64,000 nt of DNA from a virus (Duplodnaviria; Caudoviricetes). The stretch lies in the IMG/VR virus record IMGVR_UViG_3300032312_001958. One strand, given 5' to 3'. A program made the translations under genes and the position numbers. The first letter of the stretch is position 1. Every line of letters begins with the position of its first letter. The notes beneath the pieces were generated by a model. That model worked only from the letters and a program-made list of their open reading frames with translations. It was not told the origin of the DNA and did not search any database. Positions 57,385 through 64,000 of the stretch are shown one piece after another.

Positions 57385-59133
57385 ATGAATTTAACTAAAG
57401 AACAAGTTATTTTGGAATATACCAAGTGTATGAAATCAACTCCATACGCATTAAAGACATATTTACAAACTTACGACAACACCGTTCAAAAATATGTACC
57501 ATTAGAATTATTTCCTGACCAAGTTGGTTTAGTAAATGATTATGAAAACTATAATGAAAACATTGCTTTAAAATATAGACAAGCAGGGGTCTCAACTGTA
57601 ACTGCAGCATGGGCATCAAAAAAATTAATATTTGCATCTAAAAACAAACCTGAAAAAATATTGATTATTGCAAACAAATTAGATACCGCAGTTGAGGTTG
57701 CAAATAAAATTAGAGGATTTACAGAACAATGGCCTTCTTGGGTTGGGGTTACTTTCTCATCTGAAAAAAATTCACAAAGACACTTTAAACTAACTAATGG
57801 GTGTGAAGTTAAGGCCGTTGCAACATCCAAAGATGCGTTACGTGGATACACTCCAACTATTCTAGTATTTGATGAAGCCGCGTACATTGAGGCTGACGGA
57901 GATTTTTGGGCGGCTTGTATGGCGTCATTATCCACAGGAGGTAAAGTTATTGTGGTATCAACTCCTAATGGATTTGACCCAATTTATTATGAAATTTATG
58001 ACCAAGCTTTAAAAGGAATGAATGAGTTTAAAATTTCAGAAATGGTTTGGTGGAAGGACCCAAGATACGCCAAAGATTTACAACTATTAAACGTTAAAGA
58101 CATAATTCATTACTATCTAAATCGTAACGAATACCAAGATGTTGAAATAATTGATTACTCCAATAAAGACAAGGACTTTGACGAAATACGTAAATTAGTT
58201 AATGATGGATACAGACCTAGTTCTTCATGGTACGAATCAATGGTTAAAAAATTAAAGTACGATAAAAGAAAAGTTAACCAAGAATTGGAATGTGCGTTTT
58301 TAGGTTCGGGTGACAACGTAATTGATTCAAACATTATTGAAAATATTAAATCTACAATGATTAAAAACCCTGTAAATAAGATGATTGGAGGGTCTTTATG
58401 GATATGGAAGGAACCTGAAATTGGACATAAATACATTATGGGTGTTGACGTTTCAAGAGGGGATAGTGAGGATTACTCAACATTTCAAATTTTAGATTTT
58501 ACAACACGAGAACAAGTTGCTGAATATGTTGGTAAGATACCTCCTGATATTCTTGCTGAAATATGTTACAAGTGGGGAATGATGTATTCTGCTTTTATTG
58601 TTGTCGATATCACTGGTGGTATGGGTGTCACAACATCTCGTAAATTACAGGAATTAGGGTATAAAGATTTATATACTGATGGGTTAGACGCGACAAATAG
58701 ATGGAAATGGGACCCTAAGACTCAAGATAAAATACCAGGACTAAACTTTAACAATAAAAGGGTACAAATTATTGCCATGTTTGAAGAATATTTAAGACAT
58801 GGATTGATTATAAGGTCTAATAGATTACTTAATGAAATGAATACGTTCATTTATATTAATGGTCGACCTGACCACCAAAAAGGACAACATGATGATTTAA
58901 TTATGTCAATCGCCATGGCGGTTTACGTTGGGGAATCTTCATTTGCATCGATAACAAAAGTTAGTGAACAAGCAAAAGTAATGATTGAAGCTTGGCAGGT
59001 TAATAATAATGAACCTACTTATAGGACACAATTTTTTGACCCAATGACTGATGTGAATAAAGGACAACAAAAAAATCAACCAACTAAAAGTGATTATCAG
59101 AATTACGGATGGTTATTTGGAGGTATGAGATAA
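57385..59133 (+). CDS. terL: terminase large subunit (T4 gp17-like)
   Basis: KYRQAGVST, ILVFDEAAYI, VSTPNG, QELECAFLGS, GVDVSRG, HDDLIMS. Confidence 0.95.
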   Translation: MNLTKEQVILEYTKCMKSTPYALKTYLQTYDNTVQKYVPLELFPDQVGLVNDYENYNENIALKYRQAGVSTVTAAWASKKLIFASKNKPEKILIIANKLDTAVEVANKIRGFTEQWPSWVGVTFSSEKNSQRHFKLTNGCEVKAVATSKDALRGYTPTILVFDEAAYIEADGDFWAACMASLSTGGKVIVVSTPNGFDPIYYEIYDQALKGMNEFKISEMVWWKDPRYAKDLQLLNVKDIIHYYLNRNEYQDVEIIDYSNKDKDFDEIRKLVNDGYRPSSSWYESMVKKLKYDKRKVNQELECAFLGSGDNVIDSNIIENIKSTMIKNPVNKMIGGSLWIWKEPEIGHKYIMGVDVSRGDSEDYSTFQILDFTTREQVAEYVGKIPPDILAEICYKWGMMYSAFIVVDITGGMGVTTSRKLQELGYKDLYTDGLDATNRWKWDPKTQDKIPGLNFNNKRVQIIAMFEEYLRHGLIIRSNRLLNEMNTFIYINGRPDHQKGQHDDLIMSIAMAVYVGESSFASITKVSEQAKVMIEAWQVNNNEPTYRTQFFDPMTDVNKGQQKNQPTKSDYQNYGWLFGGMR

Positions 59134-59142
59134 TTATTCAAT

Positions 59143-60696
59143 ATGGGAGTAGAAGAATTACCAAGTAGCGGAAATAAATTTACAGGTTCAAGAATGATTG
59201 TACCTGGTGTTGGTTTAAATACCTATAGAGTTCAAAAGAATGATAAATTCTCAATTAGAAGAAACCCATTTGCTAATTCAATAAATGCGTCGCCAACACC
59301 AACACCAAGTGTTACACCAACAAATACTCCAACACCAAGTGTTACACCTACACAAACACCCACTCCGTCATCTTCACCACTTCCATCACCTCAAACATTT
59401 ATATTCTCAGGGTCTTCTTTAGATGAAATTAATATTTCTTTATCATTTGACTCAGTAAGCTTCTACGCTGGTGGTGTTATAAATTGGGGGGATGGTAATA
59501 CAAGTAATATCTCAAGTTCATCAGTAACCTCATATTCGAACAATTACGGGTCCTTATACACCGGTAATATCACAATAACTTACTATGGAGATATTAAAAG
59601 TATAGAATGTTCTAGCGGAACTTTACCTGCGGTATCAACCTCAGTAGTTTTTAATACTACGGAAATTTCAAATTTAACCGAATTACAAACTTTAAGATTA
59701 ACATCTAATGCCACAAGATTAATCGGACAAATGAGTAATATTTCTGCTTTAAATAATTTAACAACATTAACCATTAGAAACGATTATACAACCTTATCAA
59801 ATTTAAGTTATATACCAATTAGTGTAACTAATTTTTCTATAGGCTCATCAGGATATTCAATCATAACTGGTGATATTTTATCATTATCCGGAAACAACTT
59901 AACAAGTTTAACTATTGCTGGAACAAATACAGTCTATGGTGACATTTCCACACTACCATCAACATTGTCAACAATGATAATTCAAGGTAATAATACTTTA
60001 AGTGGTAATACTTCTGACTTTAATTTCCCAAGTTTATTAAGTTTAACACTTACAGGTAACAATACTATTGACGGAGATGTTGTTAATTTACCTCCAAATG
60101 TTACATCCATTACAATTTTAGGTGACAATACTTTATACGGGAATTTATCTGATTTTCCGCCATCTATTAGAAGTATTAATCTTGGGTCTCAACCTGGAGG
60201 ACTAATTACCGGTGATTTATCTGATTTACCTAACGCCTCATATAATACATTACAAATGACATCAGACAACTATTCAATTAGTGCCAATACTGCAACTATA
60301 CCACTAATGACCGGAGCAACATTTAACGTTAAAATTGATGGTTCTTTGTCAGGTGATTTGTCAGATATATTTAATGGTGGAGCAGATTTTCCAATTTGTA
60401 GTTTTATTTTAAATGGTTTAAATGCGTCACCATGTTCTCTTACATATACCTCAGGAGTATTTCCATGGGGTTCACTAAGTGCAACTATAATCACAATCTA
60501 CACATCAACAAATTTAACAAATACTGAAATTGATAATTTATTAATTGACCTTGATTCATATGGCGGTGGAGTTACGTGGGTTTCGTGCGCCGGAGGAGCT
60601 AATCAATTACAACTCAAAGGGGCTAGAACATCCGCATCAAATGCTGCGTTAGCAAGTTTAATAGGTAAAGGAGTTACAGTTACAATTACTCCTTAA
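59143..60696 (+). CDS. Pro/Thr linker plus LRR-like solenoid protein
   Basis: PTPTPSVT repeats; INWGDG; repeated GDxSxLPxxxxxxxIxGxNT. Confidence 0.65.
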   Translation: MGVEELPSSGNKFTGSRMIVPGVGLNTYRVQKNDKFSIRRNPFANSINASPTPTPSVTPTNTPTPSVTPTQTPTPSSSPLPSPQTFIFSGSSLDEINISLSFDSVSFYAGGVINWGDGNTSNISSSSVTSYSNNYGSLYTGNITITYYGDIKSIECSSGTLPAVSTSVVFNTTEISNLTELQTLRLTSNATRLIGQMSNISALNNLTTLTIRNDYTTLSNLSYIPISVTNFSIGSSGYSIITGDILSLSGNNLTSLTIAGTNTVYGDISTLPSTLSTMIIQGNNTLSGNTSDFNFPSLLSLTLTGNNTIDGDVVNLPPNVTSITILGDNTLYGNLSDFPPSIRSINLGSQPGGLITGDLSDLPNASYNTLQMTSDNYSISANTATIPLMTGATFNVKIDGSLSGDLSDIFNGGADFPICSFILNGLNASPCSLTYTSGVFPWGSLSATIITIYTSTNLTNTEIDNLLIDLDSYGGGVTWVSCAGGANQLQLKGARTSASNAALASLIGKGVTVTITP

Positions 60697-60731
60697 TCTT
60701 TAATTTAATTTGAAAGTATTTATATTTAAGT

Positions 60732-62549
60732 ATGGCAGAAAAAAATTTTACAGTTTGGCAAAGATTAACTCAGGCTTTTGGTCCAAATTCTTTATTGAAT
60801 CAAGATTATCCTAGTTTAAAATTTGACAAAAAAGAACTTCTAAAAACAACTTCAAAAAGAGAGTATGAAAAAGAGTTGTTACAAGCTCAACAAACTTTTT
60901 ATCTTTCGAATCAATGGACTAAAATTGAAAATAATTTATATACTCAAGCAACATATTATGAGCCAACAAGATTGTCGGCCTTTTATGATTATGAGTCTAT
61001 GGAATTTACTCCTGAAATATCAGCTGCATTAGATATCTACGCTGAGGAGTCAACAACTGTAAATGAGGATGGTTTTATGTTACAAATTTATTCTGAATCA
61101 AACAGAATTAAATCAATATTGGCCGATTTGTTTAATAATATTTTAGATATCAATACAAACTTACCGATGTGGACAAGAAACACATGTAAGTATGGTGATA
61201 ACTTTGTATATATCAAATTAGACCCAGAAAAAGGTGTAATTGGTTGTATGCAATTACCAATCGTTGAAATCGAAAGATTAGAAAGAGGTATGACGGCTAA
61301 AGGTAAATCAATTGACGAGGACCCAACTAAAAAGCATTTGAAATTTACATGGAAAAATAAAGACATGGAATTCAATACATGGGAAATTGCTCATTTTAGA
61401 TTATTGGGCGATGACAGAAGATTACCTTATGGTACATCCATGTTAGAAAAAGCTCGTCGTATTTGGAAACAATTATTGTTATCTGAGGACGCTATGTTAA
61501 TTTATAGAACTTCAAGAGCACCTGAAAGACGTGTGTTTAAAGTATTTGTTGGAAACATGGATGATAAAGACGTTGAACCATATATCCAAAGAGTTGCAAA
61601 TAAGTTTAAAAGAGACCAAGTTGTTGATTCTAAAACAGGTAATGTTGATATGAGATTTAATCAAATGGCGGTTGACCAAGATTATTTTATTCCTGTTAGA
61701 GACCCCGCAGCTGCCAATCCAATTGAGACTTTACCAGGGGCTCAAAACCTTTCTGAAATTGCAGATATCGAATACATTCAAAAGAAATTATTAACTGCGT
61801 TACGTGTACCTAAAGCTTTCTTAGGATTTGAGGAAGTTGTGGGTGATGGTAAAAACTTGGCATTACAAGATATTCGTTTTGCAAGAACAATCAACAGAAT
61901 CCAAAAGAGTATGTTGCAAGAACTTAACAAAATTTGTATTATTCACTTGTTTATGTTAGGGTTTGAGGACGAATTATCCAATTTTAGGTTATCGTTAACA
62001 AACCCATCCAAACAGGCCGACTTGTTAATGGTAGATATTTGGAAAGAAAAAATACTTCTTTACAAAGATATGGTTGCAGACCCTGGTTCAGGAATTGCCG
62101 CAGTATCACAGTCTTGGGCTAAAAAACATATACTTGGATTTTCTGACGAAGAAATCAAACTTGACATCCAACAACAACGTATTGAAAAGGCGGTTGGTGA
62201 AGAGCTTAAGAAAACTGCTGAAGTTATTGTTAAAACAGGTTTATTTGATAATATTGATAAACTATACGGTAAAAAAGAAGGTGAACCTGCAGGGGCTCCA
62301 TCTACACCGTCTGAGGGTGGAGCACCTTCAGATATTGGAGGAGGGGGACCAATTGGAGGAGAAACCCCACCACCACCACCCCCACCTGGAGGAGAATCTC
62401 CCCCAACGGTACCTGAAAATTTAAATCCTAATAATAAAGATTTAATTCTTGAAAAAATTCTTAGAGATGATGATGAGTTTGTGGACTTTGAAAAAAACAA
62501 AGATTCTATGAAAGAAATAAATGACACTTTGGAAAGATTACTAAAGTAA
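60732..62549 (+). CDS. portal protein (T4 gp20-like)
   Basis: EDAMLIYRTSRAPERRVF, DYFIPVR, IETLPGAQNL, ALRVPKAFL, DIRFARTINRIQ. Confidence 0.95.
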   Translation: MAEKNFTVWQRLTQAFGPNSLLNQDYPSLKFDKKELLKTTSKREYEKELLQAQQTFYLSNQWTKIENNLYTQATYYEPTRLSAFYDYESMEFTPEISAALDIYAEESTTVNEDGFMLQIYSESNRIKSILADLFNNILDINTNLPMWTRNTCKYGDNFVYIKLDPEKGVIGCMQLPIVEIERLERGMTAKGKSIDEDPTKKHLKFTWKNKDMEFNTWEIAHFRLLGDDRRLPYGTSMLEKARRIWKQLLLSEDAMLIYRTSRAPERRVFKVFVGNMDDKDVEPYIQRVANKFKRDQVVDSKTGNVDMRFNQMAVDQDYFIPVRDPAAANPIETLPGAQNLSEIADIEYIQKKLLTALRVPKAFLGFEEVVGDGKNLALQDIRFARTINRIQKSMLQELNKICIIHLFMLGFEDELSNFRLSLTNPSKQADLLMVDIWKEKILLYKDMVADPGSGIAAVSQSWAKKHILGFSDEEIKLDIQQQRIEKAVGEELKKTAEVIVKTGLFDNIDKLYGKKEGEPAGAPSTPSEGGAPSDIGGGGPIGGETPPPPPPPGGESPPTVPENLNPNNKDLILEKILRDDDEFVDFEKNKDSMKEINDTLERLLK

Positions 62550-62563
62550 TAATATTTATAGTT

Positions 62564-63280
62564 ATGAAATTTGGACTTTATAAAACGGCAATAGAAAAAA
62601 AATTAGTTAACTCATTTGTTAGTGAGAATTTAACTAAAGACATGAAACAATTCAAAGATTTAGTTTTGAATTCTGAAGAAACTAAAACTTTATTTTTTAT
62701 TTATGATAAATTAAATGAAAATTTAGGTTTAGATAAAGACAGTGCTAATATTCTTGTTGATGAAGTTATCAAAGAAACTAAAGACATCATTATTCCAAAT
62801 AATCATTTAGAAAAATTAAATAAATGGTTAAATAATGAATTATCTGAGTCAGAATATTCTCACATAGATAAAATTTTAAACACAAATATTAATAAAATTG
62901 AAGATAGGATTGAAAGTAGAAAAATTGTTGTTGAAAATCTAATGAAAGAAAAACAAACAAAAAAAACTACTCCTAAATTACCTATATCATCTTTAAAGAA
63001 AATTGCAAACTCAGTAGCTTCAAAATATCTATCTAACTTAGACGAATCAACTCAAAAAGAAGTTATCTCATTACTTAAAGAAAATGAAGACGTTTTAAAA
63101 ATTAAATTTAATGAGGAAAAAGAACAAGTCATATCTAAATTAAATTCCCTTATTGAGTCAGAAACAGAAGAAGAGACTAAGAAAAAAATAAATGAGACTA
63201 AAGAAAAAGTCACATCTACAATTTTTTCAGTTAACGAATTAATTAAAATTAAAGAACTAAATTCACATTTGGTTCTCTAA
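62564..63280 (+). CDS. helical head-module protein
   Basis: MKFG start; follows portal; TATTTATA upstream. Confidence 0.75.
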   Translation: MKFGLYKTAIEKKLVNSFVSENLTKDMKQFKDLVLNSEETKTLFFIYDKLNENLGLDKDSANILVDEVIKETKDIIIPNNHLEKLNKWLNNELSESEYSHIDKILNTNINKIEDRIESRKIVVENLMKEKQTKKTTPKLPISSLKKIANSVASKYLSNLDESTQKEVISLLKENEDVLKIKFNEEKEQVISKLNSLIESETEEETKKKINETKEKVTSTIFSVNELIKIKELNSHLVL

Positions 63281-63451
63281 TTTTGATTGTAAGTAAATAG
63301 CCTTTCTTTTTTCCTCTCTTTTAATTGTACTTTTCTTAGCAAAATACTTTCTTTTAGTTAATTCTTTAACTTGTTTAACTTTGATAACTTTACTTTTAAG
63401 TTCTTTCAAAGCCTTTTCAATGTTTTGATTTTTTACTTTTACAATTAGCAT
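63263..63451 (-). CDS. rpsU: ribosomal protein bS21
   Basis: MLIVKV..NIEKALKELKSKV..KELTKRKYFAKKSTIKREE..KAIY. Confidence 0.85.
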   Translation of the reverse strand: MLIVKVKNQNIEKALKELKSKVIKVKQVKELTKRKYFAKKSTIKREEKRKAIYLQSKLENQM

Positions 63452-63522
63452 TTTTTCTTTTTGACAAAAATATTAAAGTTTATTATATTTTCCAAAAATA
63501 AACGTATGAATTATGAACACAA

Positions 63523-63981
63523 ATGAAGAAGGGAAAATCGGTATCTGTCAAAGGGTACAAAAAATTCAAGGCAAATTATGGAACAGTAGATTCTAAAAAT
63601 TTAAAATCTTTTTATATAAATATACAATCATGGTTAACTCCAAAGAAAGATGAGGAAAATTGGGAAAGAATTGTTATGAATTTTAACAGGTCAATTAGAC
63701 ACACAATTTATGAAATACTAAATTTTGAGTTTATTGATACTAATTTTATAGTTGATACGGATTTAAGAAGTAGTGGACTTTCAGTCAATAAAAGTTCTTT
63801 TATGAACTTAGAAATAACTTTCTATATTAAAAATATAAATGATTTTAAATCTCCAATAATTAAAGATTTTGTTAAAACAATTATTGATTTAATTGATTCG
63901 GAAAATTTTAAAAACAACAAAAATTTTGTTTTTAACTTAACTAAAACAAACAAAACAAAAGTGAATAATATTTATTTATAA
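63523..63981 (+). CDS. hypothetical protein
   Basis: MKKGKS..YGTVDSKNLKS..IVDTDLRSSG..SFMNLEITF. Confidence 0.8.
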   Translation: MKKGKSVSVKGYKKFKANYGTVDSKNLKSFYINIQSWLTPKKDEENWERIVMNFNRSIRHTIYEILNFEFIDTNFIVDTDLRSSGLSVNKSSFMNLEITFYIKNINDFKSPIIKDFVKTIIDLIDSENFKNNKNFVFNLTKTNKTKVNNIYL

Positions 63982-64000
63982 AATTCACAATGCAAGATTT

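Noticed and set aside
57385-62549. Introns or inteins in terL or portal
   Set aside because: Both are continuous ORFs of expected size with no splicing motifs.

Overview
AT-rich (roughly 30% GC by eye), gene-dense 64-kb segment of a large T4-like tailed phage. The host is very probably a Bacteroidota bacterium: TAnnTTTG host promoters, no Shine-Dalgarno motifs, a Bacteroidota-type bS21, and a tmRNA tag resuming with Gly. The right end holds the head-packaging module (terminase large subunit, T4 gp20-like portal, bS21) with ClpC, a peptidase, KTSC, a nucleotidyltransferase, tmRNA and tRNA-Arg(UCU). The left two-thirds is a large accessory region of small genes. Many carry one of a few short N-terminal leader peptides (MKYIITESQ, MKKIIRLTESDL, MNLQEHIRRVLREE, ISEEEKNRI) behind a TATTTAT upstream motif, interspersed with purA, CYTH, PCD, FKBP, DHH, RmlC, HNH, DUF262-HNH, M23 and peptidoglycan-binding genes. 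A low-coding region at about 15.6-18.5 kb may be the replication origin or early control region. The most unusual element is a CRISPR-geometry array at 9280-9645 (36-bp repeats, five 30-bp unrelated spacers, no cas genes in the window). It is built in frame out of the conserved C-terminal motif of a paralogous gene family, whose other members carry a single ~10-codon variable segment at the same position. Product calls come from motif recognition by eye; no searches were run.
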